Source: Nitrosopumilus sp. (GTDB lineage Archaea; Thermoproteota; Nitrososphaeria; Nitrososphaerales; Nitrosopumilaceae). Taken from it: a DNA stretch of 64,000 bases. The notes beneath the pieces were generated by a model that made no database searches, was not told the DNA's origin, and saw only the letters and a program-made list of their open reading frames with translations. How positions within the stretch are numbered: position 1 is the stretch's first letter; each line of letters begins with the position of its first letter. The DNA is taken from contig OZ242041.1 of NCBI GenBank assembly GCA_965205215.1, positions 1,536,001 through 1,600,000 of the forward strand, given 5' to 3'. Made by a program: the position numbers and the translations under genes. Positions 30,792 through 41,104 of this stretch are shown piece by piece.

Positions 30792-31346
30792 TCAGGGGTT
30801 TTTCGGCCCTGTTCTGGAAATACGCCGCAGCTCGTCGTGTCTCATGCTGGAGCCGAGCCGGGGATCTACCACGTCCACCACCACAAGTACGAGCTGCACG
30901 CGCGACTCCGACGGCTCCTCCACGCTGCCCGTAACGTTTGCCACAAGGCTGACCGTCACGCTTCCGGGGGCGGCGCGGATGTCCACCCGCACTGCCGCAA
31001 AGTCCGTTCCGGGCCCCAGCATCCTGGGCGTGACCTTGTCAAGTATGGATGCGTCACGCGCGAAACAGTTTATGCGGCATATCGGACTCTTCGTGAAATA
31101 GGTCCGGTTGTCATCACCAGAGCCGCGCGCCGGGACGTCCCGCTCCGGGGGCGGCCCGCTTACAGTCACGTCGCGCAGGACGTACGTGGCGGGCCCGTCG
31201 TCGGCGTCGCCGTCTCTGCTGGCATCGCCGCCAAAGCGTGCGACAAACTCAAAAGAGCCCAGGGAGGCAAGCCTGGACAGCTCCGTGCGCAGCTGCAGGT
31301 TGTGGTCCTGCTTGGCGCCGCGCGTGTGGTCATCCTCCCCGCTCAC
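30792..31346 (-). CDS. Hypothetical beta-rich protein
   Basis: GTG start after TTCAATA; YF...MLGPGTDF core resembles a recalled thaumarchaeal hypothetical family. Confidence 0.6.
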   Translation of the reverse strand: MSGEDDHTRGAKQDHNLQLRTELSRLASLGSFEFVARFGGDASRDGDADDGPATYVLRDVTVSGPPPERDVPARGSGDDNRTYFTKSPICRINCFARDASILDKVTPRMLGPGTDFAAVRVDIRAAPGSVTVSLVANVTGSVEEPSESRVQLVLVVVDVVDPRLGSSMRHDELRRISRTGPKNP

Positions 31347-31573
31347 GCGGGTACGTCCAAGGCCAGGAGTATTGAACCTTGTGCATGCGGCGCCCCCGTG
31401 ATCTGACGCGGTGCCAAGGGGAGGCCTGCGTGCCAAGTGGGGTTAACCGGCCAGCCGCGTCCAGCTTCCAGCAAAAAAACTGCCCTTCGCGCCCAGAGCC
31501 ACGCCTGCCGCAAGGCCGCCGCCCCCGGCCGCGCGCGGTGATCTTTAAAAGCACGCCACGAAACCAATATGAT

Positions 31574-32893
31574 ATGCAGGTGACTGCAGCATACACGCAC
31601 GCAACAAAGGAGACAATACTGGACCTTATGAGGCGGCGTGGCATCGACAAGGAGTGCTACAGAGAGATGCTAGACTATACTATAAACCTCTTTGAAACCA
31701 AGGGGCTTGGCACCAAGTACTACGGATACCACAACATCAGGCACGAGCTGGAGGTCACGTACATGACCCTGCTTGCCATGGATCAGGACATGATCAACAT
31801 TACGCAGAGCGACATAGAACACCTGTATGTCGCGGCGCTCTTTCACGACTTGGATCCGCTAAAGAACGTGGACAAGCCGCACGAGGAGAGCGTTCTGAAC
31901 TTCATATCCAGAGACGAGAACCTGCAGAAACAGATCCGGGCGGCCGGAATAGACTTTGAGATTGTAAAGGTGCTGATACTGCGCACCACGTATCCTTGGA
32001 ACGGCGAGATGAAGAAAAGTGCAGAGGAGAGGGCGCTCCAATGCTTTGAGTGCTCCGACATGGCCAGGGACGACCAGGAATTCAGGAGTCACGTGATGGA
32101 GATGGGCAGGTACCTGTCCGTCGTTGACCGCATGAGCGGATACGCCCTGGGCGACTTTACAAAGGCCATGGAGATGGCAAAGATGAACGCCCACGCCCTT
32201 GGATGGAGCCCCTCGCTGATAGTGCGCAGGGCGGTCACATACTTTGAGGACCTGCTGAATAACGAGGACGACATGATAGGGGCCATAATGCAGATACTTC
32301 CAAAGCAGATGAGGGTGAACTTTTACAGCACCGTGCTGTCGTTCTTCCAGACCAGGCAGGAAGAGATCAAAATACAGGCCGAACACGCGTACGAGAACCT
32401 AAAGCTGATACCGACAATCGAGTCGATAAACACCAGGGCCGATCCGGAGTTTATCAGCGCGCTGTACAGCATATTTGAGCAGCTGCCCTCCCCGCTCCAG
32501 TTCAAGCACGCTGCATTTGGCGAGTCGGTGATGGATCCGGGCACCGTACTGACTACGCTGCGCGTAAACGGCCGGAACGGCAAGATTGTCGGGTATGCAA
32601 AGGGAGGGCCGCTTGAGAGATACAATCTCAGAGAGGAGATACACGACGAGAACCACGGCATGTCCAACACCATATTCCTGGAGCCAATGGGACTCAGCAT
32701 AGGGTACTGGGGGCTGGGCGGCGGAAGCGGCATGCGCAACATGTTCATCATGCAGGCGAGCGCCAAGAAATACACGTACCTCACAAGCTTTGCGCTGCGG
32801 GACGTGGTCAGCGCCAGAGTGAGCAAGGAGGAGGCCGAGTTCGTGGCCCGGTTTGATCCCGAGAGGTGGGACTATTACCGCATAGGTCTGTGA
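31574..32893 (+). CDS. HD-domain protein with GNAT-like C-terminal region
   Basis: YHNIRHELEV, AALFHD; C-terminal IVGYAKG...GYWGLGGG. Confidence 0.85.
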   Translation: MQVTAAYTHATKETILDLMRRRGIDKECYREMLDYTINLFETKGLGTKYYGYHNIRHELEVTYMTLLAMDQDMINITQSDIEHLYVAALFHDLDPLKNVDKPHEESVLNFISRDENLQKQIRAAGIDFEIVKVLILRTTYPWNGEMKKSAEERALQCFECSDMARDDQEFRSHVMEMGRYLSVVDRMSGYALGDFTKAMEMAKMNAHALGWSPSLIVRRAVTYFEDLLNNEDDMIGAIMQILPKQMRVNFYSTVLSFFQTRQEEIKIQAEHAYENLKLIPTIESINTRADPEFISALYSIFEQLPSPLQFKHAAFGESVMDPGTVLTTLRVNGRNGKIVGYAKGGPLERYNLREEIHDENHGMSNTIFLEPMGLSIGYWGLGGGSGMRNMFIMQASAKKYTYLTSFALRDVVSARVSKEEAEFVARFDPERWDYYRIGL

Positions 32894-33084
32894 CGGATAC
32901 GGGCGGCAACTGAGCAGGGTGCAGGCAGGAACGCACGGGACGGGCAGGACGCGGGGCGGCCGATACGATCAAGGGGGTTTATGACGGTGAGAGGGACGGA
33001 GCATGGCACGAGGGAAGCGGCAGCCGCACGGGCGGCGGGGACGGGAAAGCGCGCCGGCGCCCCGAAACGCGGGGCGCGGTTGCA

Positions 33085-34647
33085 ATGACCACGTATGACG
33101 CGGCGCGCCTCGTCTCAAAACTAGAGTCTGCCATATCAGGCGATGTGGGCTCATCCCCGCACCACATAAGATACTATTCAGTCGACTCGAGCTCGTATGC
33201 AGTCAGGCCCGACGTCGTCGTGATACCGCGGGACGTGGAGGACGTGTCGGCCGCCGTAAGGGTCGCAGCCGAGATGGGAGCCCCCATAACGGCAAGGGGC
33301 GGAGGGACGGGGCTCGTCGGAGGGGCGCTCAACTGCGGGATAATACTTGACATGAGAAACATAAGCGGGATCAGGATCGTGCGGCTCGGCCCGGCAGGCG
33401 GCTCGGTCGAGGCCGGGGCCGGCGCCACTAGGGGAAGGCTTGATGACGTTTTGCGAGCCGCAGGCATGATGTTCGGGCCAAACCCGTCGGTGGGCCCATT
33501 TTGCACGGTAGGCGGCATGGTTGCAAACAACGCGGCCGGCAGCAGGAGCCTAAAGTACGGAGCCACCATAGACAACGTGTCTGGAATCACAATCGTAGAC
33601 GGGACGGGCGGCCTCACAAGGCTGCCGGAGGACGCCGACGCGGCGGCCGGGATATGGGACATTGCAAGGCGAATAGACCGGTCCAGGTATCCCGACGTTC
33701 CAAAGAACTCGTCTGGATACAGGCTTGACGCCGTATCGTCGGCCGCGGACGCCCACAGGGCCATAGTCGGCTCCGAGGGCACGCTCGGCGTCATCGTATC
33801 GGCCACAATCGACGCAGTAAGGCGTCCCGAATCAAGGACGCTGCACATCCTAGAGTACGAGACGGAGCAGGACGCGGCGGCCGATTGCATGGAGCTTGTA
33901 GGCGCCACGAGGCCGTCGGCAGCAGAGTTTGTCGACAGGACGGTACTGGACAACATAGGCGGCGGCTTTGGCAGCAGTGCGCAGTGCCTCCTGTTCGTCG
34001 AGTACGAAGGCGGGGATCTCGCACCGGCAGGCATGTCGCGCGAGGGGGGCTCCGGCAGCGACGCGCGGGGGGCAGAGGGCAATGGCGGGAAGGGCGTAGC
34101 CTCGCTGGCGCGCAAGGCCACAGGGCAGACTGTCATAACCGACGAGCTTGAGATAGCAAGGTGGTGGGGGTACAGGGACTCGGCCCTGCACTATAGCCTC
34201 ATATCAATAGACGACGACACCGAAGAGGTGGTACCCCACGTGATAGAGGACGCGGTCGTCCCGCTCGGCGCCCTGCCGGAGCTCTTCGCGTCGCTGAGCC
34301 GCATACGGCGGAGGTACGGCGCTAGGATAGTTACGTACGGGCACGCAGGCAGCGGGAACATACATGCGCGCCTCGTACTAAAAAAGGGAGAAGTGGGGCG
34401 TCTGGGAAGGATAGCGGCAGAATACTTCGAGAGGGTAATTGCGCTGGGGGGCAGCACGACCGCAGAGCACGGGGACGGGCTGGCCCGCTCGGAGTTTGTT
34501 GAAATGCAGTACGGTCAGGAAAACGTAAGGCTGTTTGCAGAGCTCAAGAGCCTGCTTGATCCCTCGAACGTGATGAACCCGGGCAAGATCCTCGCCGGCG
34601 GTAACGGTGTAACGGACGTTTTATCTGAAAACTTCCAAGTCAGCTAG
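33085..34647 (+). CDS. FAD-linked oxidase (GlcD/D-lactate dehydrogenase family)
   Basis: ARGGGTGLVG, GGMVANNAAG, GSEGTLGVI, GHAGSGNIH, AEHGDG, MNPGKI. Confidence 0.93.
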   Translation: MTTYDAARLVSKLESAISGDVGSSPHHIRYYSVDSSSYAVRPDVVVIPRDVEDVSAAVRVAAEMGAPITARGGGTGLVGGALNCGIILDMRNISGIRIVRLGPAGGSVEAGAGATRGRLDDVLRAAGMMFGPNPSVGPFCTVGGMVANNAAGSRSLKYGATIDNVSGITIVDGTGGLTRLPEDADAAAGIWDIARRIDRSRYPDVPKNSSGYRLDAVSSAADAHRAIVGSEGTLGVIVSATIDAVRRPESRTLHILEYETEQDAAADCMELVGATRPSAAEFVDRTVLDNIGGGFGSSAQCLLFVEYEGGDLAPAGMSREGGSGSDARGAEGNGGKGVASLARKATGQTVITDELEIARWWGYRDSALHYSLISIDDDTEEVVPHVIEDAVVPLGALPELFASLSRIRRRYGARIVTYGHAGSGNIHARLVLKKGEVGRLGRIAAEYFERVIALGGSTTAEHGDGLARSEFVEMQYGQENVRLFAELKSLLDPSNVMNPGKILAGGNGVTDVLSENFQVS

Positions 34648-34704
34648 GCGGCGCCAATGGCGCGCGACACATGCGAAAACAGGGGACGGCGCCGAGACGA
34701 TGCA

Positions 34705-35058
34705 CTATCGCAGGCGCCTGTAGATCTCCTTGAACTCCAGCGAGAGGTTAAACGAGAGGTTGAGAAGGTGTGCAAGCTCGTTCATAGAGGTCTTGTCATG
34801 GCCAAGCTGGCGCAGCAGCGTCAGCGCCTTTTGCGGCGAGCTTGGCACAAGGGGCGCGTCACCGGTCCACGTCCTGAACGCCTCTTCAACGTCCAGGCTA
34901 AAGTTGAGGACAAACTCGCGCCAGTTGGGCATGGACTCGAGAGCCTTCTCGGACAGGAGCTCCTCTGAGAGTGTCCGGAACTCGTGTCTGCGGTCCACGT
35001 ACAGCATCTCAAGCGCCTGCTCCACCTTTTCCTCGTCGTACCTGCTGGTGTTGAGCAT
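34705..35058 (-). CDS. Hypothetical protein
   Basis: MLNTSRYDEEKVEQ...; very AT-rich upstream region 35095-35165. Confidence 0.8.
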   Translation of the reverse strand: MLNTSRYDEEKVEQALEMLYVDRRHEFRTLSEELLSEKALESMPNWREFVLNFSLDVEEAFRTWTGDAPLVPSSPQKALTLLRQLGHDKTSMNELAHLLNLSFNLSLEFKEIYRRLR

Positions 35059-35192
35059 GTACATTCCTGCTATGCTCATGTGCCATATACGCGGCAATAA
35101 TTAATAAACAAAACCACATTATTACTTAAAATATTTTTAAATATTGAACATTTTAGATTACATTTGTATGGCGCGCTCCGCACCGTCAGTCA

Positions 35193-37475
35193 TTACTGGA
35201 ACGGATCGATAAATGGGCAGTTGACAATGTGATCGCTGTCCATCGGACGGGCCAGACTGGCAGTTATCAGCCCCTCATCCAGGAATGCTCTGATGTCGCC
35301 CGTAGTCTCAAGCAGCCTTGCGTCTGCAGGATCCTTCCACTCTATGATATAGATGCGCCACATGGGCGAATACCCCGCATCGCCAAGGGCGGAGCTTGCA
35401 ATGCCGGGCTGGAAGCCCAGAGGACCTGAACCGGCAATGCCGTTTGCAAACTGGTACAGGTCAACTGCGGCAGAGTTTGCAATGAGTGCGGCAGAGGTGT
35501 CTGCAGAGACGACCCCCATCATGTTGGCAGGCCCGCTCGGCGTGGCGTCTGTCACTATATAGTATATGGTACGACCGTCAGGGCCCCATCCGCGGTGGGC
35601 AACAAACGTTACGGTCATCTCCTCGGTGTCGATTTCAAGTATCTGTCCCCCTCCGTATGGCGTGTCGTCGTTTATGGATGCGTCCTCCTTTACCACCATC
35701 TGTCCGCCCGGCCATACGATGTGTGGCATGTTGATCACCACGCCGATGTCGTCAAGCGATACCTCGCCGGCGTCGGCAGCCTCCATTATGGCGGCCTCCG
35801 AATCAAGTATGCGCGGGGAGGCCGAGTCGGCCCACGTCACATGCGTCTGGGCGGCAAGTGCGCTGTACGTATCTGCCTGCTCCGGGGTGCTTGTAAACAC
35901 CTGGTTCTGGAATCCGTGTATGCCGTCACCCTCGACCCCGTTTGTAAACATGTACGTCGTGGAGAGCGCCGCATCGGGGGCGTTCCCAAGGAATGGTGCC
36001 ATCTCGACCCTCCAGTCTTGGAGTTCGGTGATTATGCCGGCATGGATCTCGTCATTAGTGTCCGTGATGACATAGTACACATCCTGTCCCTCATGGTATC
36101 CCATGTGCAATGGAATGTCTACGGCAACGTTGGCCCTCGAAAGCCTCAGCTCCATCTCTTTTGGCTCCTCCATCATTGCTTCCTCTTCCTGCGCCATCAT
36201 TGCTTCCTCCTCTTGTGGCATCATCTCCTCTTCTTCCTGCGCCATCATTGCTTCCTCCTCTTGTGGCATCATCTCCTCTTCTTCCTGCGCCATCATTGCT
36301 TCCTCCTCTTGTGGCATCATCTCCCCTTCTTCCTGCGCCATGGGTTCCATCGCGGCATCGTATGGGGCAAAGTTCTTTGGAAGCTCCATAATCTGCTCTG
36401 CGTCAAGCGGCAGCAACGGCATGCTGATTACAATAGGAATCTCAGTCAGAAGCACGTCGCCGGATCCCTCTGCGGCCATGATCGAGTCCTCGGACGTCAG
36501 GAGTCGCGGATCCGCGTCGTTGGTCCACGTCACGTGCACGTGCGTGGAGAGCGGACTATACGCCTCGTCGCCCGGAACCGACGTGAACACCTGCCTCTGG
36601 AATCCGTGCACGCCGGGTCCCTCTATGCCGTTCGTGAAGAAATACACCTTTGAGACGGAGGCGGCACCGACGTCTGCAAGCATTGGCACGTGCACAGAGT
36701 CAAGTCCCTGCAGCCTTGTCACCAGTTCGGAGTGCGTCTTGTCGCTGGATTCCAGTATCGTATTGTACACCTTCTGTCCGTCGTAAAATCCATAGTGGAG
36801 CGGCACCCGCAGTATCTTCTCAGGCGTCCTGTCCAGCGTTTCTGACTGCACCAGTGACATTGTGAATCGAGGCATGTTGATCACGACGTCAAGCTCGGTC
36901 AGTTCCAAGTCACCCGCCTCGGCGGCCGACAGTATGGCCTGCTCGGATGTCAATATCCTTGGAAGCACGCCCTCGTACCACGTCACGTGTATGTGTCCGG
37001 CCAGCGGCGAATAGTTGTCCTGTCCCGGAACCGACGTAAAGACCTCGCTCTGGAATCCGTGCACGCCGCTGCCGCGCACGCCGTTTGTAAACATGTATGT
37101 GACAGAGCGCACGTCCTCCGGGACCGACGCCAAGGACGGCACGTACTCGACAGTCCAACCCTGGGCCTGGGTGATCACGTCGGCATGCACGCGCTCACTT
37201 GCCTCCGTTATGATGTAATATGCGGACTGGCCGTCATAATACCCCTTGTGAAGGGGCACCGTGATGCCAGCAACGTCAACGTCCGGGGCGTCCTCGGCCG
37301 ACTCGCCTGCCTGCGCCGCAACCCATGCGTCGCGGCCGCCCTCAATCTCGGAGCAGAGCTGCAGTCCGCACACGTCGTTGTTTGCGCCAAAAGCCTCGGT
37401 CAAGGGACTTGGGCCGGAACCCGTCACTAGAAGAGGGGCCACGGATATTGCGGCAATAATGAAAAGGTAATTCAT
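35193..37475 (-). CDS. Secreted protein with four repeated DUF7482-like domains and a Met/Glu-rich tandem-repeat linker
   Basis: Signal peptide; VCGLQLCSE motif; four units H.G...G..Y.....S/T...F.NG..G.G..GFQ...YS...W...(N/S)(M/C)P. Confidence 0.85.
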   Translation of the reverse strand: MNYLFIIAAISVAPLLVTGSGPSPLTEAFGANNDVCGLQLCSEIEGGRDAWVAAQAGESAEDAPDVDVAGITVPLHKGYYDGQSAYYIITEASERVHADVITQAQGWTVEYVPSLASVPEDVRSVTYMFTNGVRGSGVHGFQSEVFTSVPGQDNYSPLAGHIHVTWYEGVLPRILTSEQAILSAAEAGDLELTELDVVINMPRFTMSLVQSETLDRTPEKILRVPLHYGFYDGQKVYNTILESSDKTHSELVTRLQGLDSVHVPMLADVGAASVSKVYFFTNGIEGPGVHGFQRQVFTSVPGDEAYSPLSTHVHVTWTNDADPRLLTSEDSIMAAEGSGDVLLTEIPIVISMPLLPLDAEQIMELPKNFAPYDAAMEPMAQEEGEMMPQEEEAMMAQEEEEMMPQEEEAMMAQEEEEMMPQEEEAMMAQEEEAMMEEPKEMELRLSRANVAVDIPLHMGYHEGQDVYYVITDTNDEIHAGIITELQDWRVEMAPFLGNAPDAALSTTYMFTNGVEGDGIHGFQNQVFTSTPEQADTYSALAAQTHVTWADSASPRILDSEAAIMEAADAGEVSLDDIGVVINMPHIVWPGGQMVVKEDASINDDTPYGGGQILEIDTEEMTVTFVAHRGWGPDGRTIYYIVTDATPSGPANMMGVVSADTSAALIANSAAVDLYQFANGIAGSGPLGFQPGIASSALGDAGYSPMWRIYIIEWKDPADARLLETTGDIRAFLDEGLITASLARPMDSDHIVNCPFIDPFQ
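36171..36341. repeat. Coding 24-bp (higher-order 48-bp) tandem repeat x7
   Basis: Encodes alternating MAQEEEEM/MPQEEEAM units. Confidence 0.95.
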
Positions 37476-37772
37476 ATGAGGATCACAGCAGTCCTAGGTT
37501 TAAAAGCATTTGTCCGTTTTTGGGGACGCCCCGCAGACGGGGGTATGCCAACTGCAGGCAATATAATCTAAGCATATTGAAATCGCACTACCGCCCCGCG
37601 ACAAACTCTCCTGCATGCGCCGCTTCCAAGGTCACCAATGGCGCACACTCCGAGCTGCAGTGGCAGGGGAGGGGGATCAGCCCGTATGGCGCCACGCCGC
37701 CAGTCCCGGCGTCGCCACCGCGGAGCACGGGCGGTTGCAAATTGATATACACGGCATGCCGCAACCACATGC

Positions 37773-38435
37773 ATGAGAACGCTCGGCACCATAGACCTGG
37801 AGGTACTGCAGCTTGCGGCGGCGTCAGGCGGCAGCATCAACGAGTCGGCAATCGAGCACTCTGCGCTCAGCAGGCTCGGAGTGGGCAGAATACTTGACGC
37901 CCTGGCGTCGCTCAGAGACAGGGACCTTTTGCGGCTTGACAAGGACAGCGGCTCGTTCAGCATGACAGACGCCGCACGCGCCATACTGTGGTCAGACTCG
38001 ATACCGCTCTGGGCAAGGATACTGCGCCTGCTTGAGATACGTTCGTGCGGCATCGTAGACATGATGGCCATATTGCGGATCGGCCGGAACGGCCCGCTTG
38101 AGGAGGCGCTCGGGGGCCTCCAGAGGGAGGGGTTTGTAATGGTGGCCCCACAGGTACGCGACGGCAGCCCTCAAAAGGTGTACGAGATACTCCCAGAGGG
38201 GATCGAGAGGATAGACGCCACATCAAAGGAGGGGGGCGGCGCGTACGCGAGTCAGATCCCAAAGGGTCCGGGCACGTACAACCTCATAAACGAGATAGAG
38301 CGCATCGTATCCGCGTCGAGTACGATGTCAGCAGACGAGCGGCGCGCCGTATTACAAAAGATATCGGGCCTCCGCGACATGATAGGGGCGTCGCATGCAG
38401 AGTCCGAGACGGGTGCGGCGCCAGGCGAGTCATAG
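37773..38435 (+). CDS. Hypothetical winged-helix-like protein
   Basis: Two wHTH-like segments (ILDALASLRDRDLL; LQREGFV...YEILPEG). Confidence 0.7.
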   Translation: MRTLGTIDLEVLQLAAASGGSINESAIEHSALSRLGVGRILDALASLRDRDLLRLDKDSGSFSMTDAARAILWSDSIPLWARILRLLEIRSCGIVDMMAILRIGRNGPLEEALGGLQREGFVMVAPQVRDGSPQKVYEILPEGIERIDATSKEGGGAYASQIPKGPGTYNLINEIERIVSASSTMSADERRAVLQKISGLRDMIGASHAESETGAAPGES

Positions 38436-38467
38436 CGGCGCAGCGTGTGTGGGGGCGGCCCCCCGGC

Positions 38468-40198
38468 TTACCGCCCGCCCGTCTTCAGCCTGTCCTGTAT
38501 CTGGGCCAGTATGAACTCCGACTTGTTCCTGTTCTCAAAGTTGTCCGCAGTCGCGTCCATTATCTCGTCAATCTCATAGCTCTTATCCACAAGCACGCCG
38601 GCCACCTGGTCGTCAAGCGTTCCGCTTCCTATCAGATAGTACGCAAACACGGTGTTCTTCTGCCCTATGCGGTGCAGCCTGTCCTCGGCCTGCCTGTGGA
38701 CGGCCGGACTCCAGTCGAGCTCTGCAAATATCACGTATTTTGCAACGGTCAGGTTTATCCCCACGTTGCCGGCCCTGATCCCGGCGATCATCAGCTTTGA
38801 ATCGCCGCGCTGGAATTTCGAGATCTGATCGTTGCGCACCGCGTCAGTCTGTCCCCCGATTATGGAGACCGGCGAGAACTCTTTGAGGCTGTCGTTGAGC
38901 ATCTTGTGAATTATCTTGTGGTGGCAGAACACCACCACGCTCTCCTCGATCTCCATGATGTTCTTGACGAAGTTTATGACGTGCGACAGCTTGGCAATGC
39001 CTGCAACCTGCCGCTCGCTCTTGATTGCACGCTGGTACGAGGCCGAACGCTCAAACTCGTCCTTTGCGACCTTCTGCTCGGCCGTAAGCTTTGCCCATAT
39101 CTTGTCAAGTTCCTCCAAGTAGTAGTCCGAGTTTGACGCCACCATCTCCTTGTACCGCACCTTGTCCTTCAGCTCCTTGAGCACGTCGGACTTTTTGCGG
39201 CGCAGCATGACGTGTTTTTGCAGCTCGTTCCGGAGCGAGGCCCGCTTGCTCTCGAGGACGATCGCCTTTCCCTTCGTGTCGACGTAGCAGAAGTACTCGC
39301 AGAACTCCTTGAAGCTGCCAAGCAGCCCGGGCTTTATGATGTTGACAATCGGCCATATCTCCGAACCGTGGTTGTATATCGGGGTGCCGGAGAGCCCTAT
39401 GCGGTACTTGACAGAGTCGAGCGCCGCAAGCTCCTTGACGGCCTTGTATTTCTGGGTGGTCTTTGAGCGCAGGTTGTGCACCTCGTCGCATACTATCATG
39501 CGCAGCCCCGTCTCGGCAAGGTCGGCGCGCCGCTTGTAGAGGAGCTCATAGTTTATCAGATAAATGTCGGATCTCGGAAGCGCGTCACGTTTGCCCGTCC
39601 TTATCATTGCAACAGAGGGCGAGTCGCCGTCTACAATCCGGCCGTTCCGGCTCTTCCTCTTTAGGAACTTTGCAATCTCGGCCTCCCAGTTGTTGAGCGT
39701 GACCAGGGGGGCCACCACCAGCACCGGAAACGACTGCTTTTCAGTTGCCGCGTATGCCAGCGTCTGGACTGTCTTGCCGAGCCCCATCTCGTCGGCAAGG
39801 AGCGCGTTTCCCGATGATTTTAGCAGAAAGTCCAGCCCCTCCTTTTGAAAGTTCAGCAGCTTGCCCCGGAACTGCTGGCCTGCTTTTGCACGCTTGAGCT
39901 TGTGCGAGATGGGCTTCAGCACGGGGCGCGGAGACAGGGTACGCGTCAGCTTTCGCTGCCATGCGGACTTTGACCGTATGACAAGAGGGTACCTGTCAAG
40001 CATCATCTTGATGTGGCGTACGCTCTCGGCCGTATCGGGTATGATCACCTCGCTTGCGTTTTCGCCATACCACGCGTTTGGAACAAGCCTTGAGATCATG
40101 TTGACGGCCCTGTCGCCTGTGACCTTCCACGTCCAGTCTTTGGAGTACCGATCAAGCACATACTCCAAGGTGCCGATGGATTCCAAAGACGTTTTCAT
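38468..40198 (-). CDS. SNF2-family helicase/ATPase
   Basis: LLADEMGLGKTVQ, DEVH, LSGTPIYN, GINLT, QAEDRLHRIGQ. Confidence 0.95.
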   Translation of the reverse strand: MKTSLESIGTLEYVLDRYSKDWTWKVTGDRAVNMISRLVPNAWYGENASEVIIPDTAESVRHIKMMLDRYPLVIRSKSAWQRKLTRTLSPRPVLKPISHKLKRAKAGQQFRGKLLNFQKEGLDFLLKSSGNALLADEMGLGKTVQTLAYAATEKQSFPVLVVAPLVTLNNWEAEIAKFLKRKSRNGRIVDGDSPSVAMIRTGKRDALPRSDIYLINYELLYKRRADLAETGLRMIVCDEVHNLRSKTTQKYKAVKELAALDSVKYRIGLSGTPIYNHGSEIWPIVNIIKPGLLGSFKEFCEYFCYVDTKGKAIVLESKRASLRNELQKHVMLRRKKSDVLKELKDKVRYKEMVASNSDYYLEELDKIWAKLTAEQKVAKDEFERSASYQRAIKSERQVAGIAKLSHVINFVKNIMEIEESVVVFCHHKIIHKMLNDSLKEFSPVSIIGGQTDAVRNDQISKFQRGDSKLMIAGIRAGNVGINLTVAKYVIFAELDWSPAVHRQAEDRLHRIGQKNTVFAYYLIGSGTLDDQVAGVLVDKSYEIDEIMDATADNFENRNKSEFILAQIQDRLKTGGR

Positions 40199-40238
40199 AG
40201 TTTGGAGAATGGAAGAATTATTGCCTTATGAATCTTGA

Positions 40239-40824
40239 CATAAAAGTTCGGGCTAAGCCCCTGCCCGGACGCCCATGGTAACACCGGAGCGTGCCTACCG
40301 GTTTTTCCAATCTTGCATCCGGTTCACGCCTAGGCTGGGCTGGGTGTTGCTTACATCTAGCGCCGGGGTCAGTCCGTACATGTGCACGCGCAGTGGCCAG
40401 TCCTTGTCCCGGTGCCTTTTTTGCATCCCGGACAGCTTGCGCCTGTACAGATCCTCGCTTTGGACGGCTTCGGCATCCATCTGCTTGTCAACCTCCACAA
40501 TCTCGCCTGTAGTGCCTTATCCTTCTGACGCACTGCCTCGGCACAAGATCGTCTTGCGCGTCGCCGGGACTGAGCGCGTCCATCCGGGGCAGCACCTTGT
40601 GCGGGTACACGTTGGCCGCGCGCACCGCCTTGCGTCCGCTTGCGTGTTAAGGCACTGTCCCCGCCCCAAGACCCTTCCCCTTCCGTCTGCTATGCAGTAA
40701 TCACGTACTATCTTTTCAATGTCGATTCCCATGCTCACCTTCATCCTTTCTTCTCACCTCCCTTGCGGATGTCTCTAATGAAACGGAAGCTGCGTGAATC
40801 ATCAAAGCGCGCAGCCCAGTCATA
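40239..40824 (-). mobile_element. Internally deleted IS110-family remnant
   Basis: MKVSMGIDIEKIVRDYCIADGRGRVLGRGQCLNT (start 40744) resembles a DEDD transposase N-terminus; later frameshifted fragments (RQCVRRIRHY; IVEVDKQMDAEA; LYRRKLS); CATA at both 40239 and 40821. Confidence 0.55.
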
Positions 40825-41104
40825 CAACAGCTCGGACTTTCCCATTCTGTCCCAGAGGCGCTTGGCCCACAGTACCCCAAGGGTCGCTCCATCGCGGCGC
40901 GCACTGAGCAGGCGCCATCATGCATTCTGTCGCGAATTCGGAATCTGCCAAGCGACAGAGCTGCATTATTGTACACATGCAGATCAATGCGCCCGGACAC
41001 TGTTATTATGATGTTTGTTATTTGTGCCATTATGTCGGCCCCCCGAATTCGCAACAGAACCAGAATTCTGAATATTAATATACACAGCATATAAGACCAT
41101 ATCG

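Noticed and set aside
36171-36341. CRISPR array
   Set aside because: Units are contiguous with no unique spacers, are in-frame coding, and no cas genes are present
37546-37665. MITE defined by imperfect TGCCA(A)CTGCAG inverted repeats
   Set aside because: Short, imperfect, no TSD and no second copy seen
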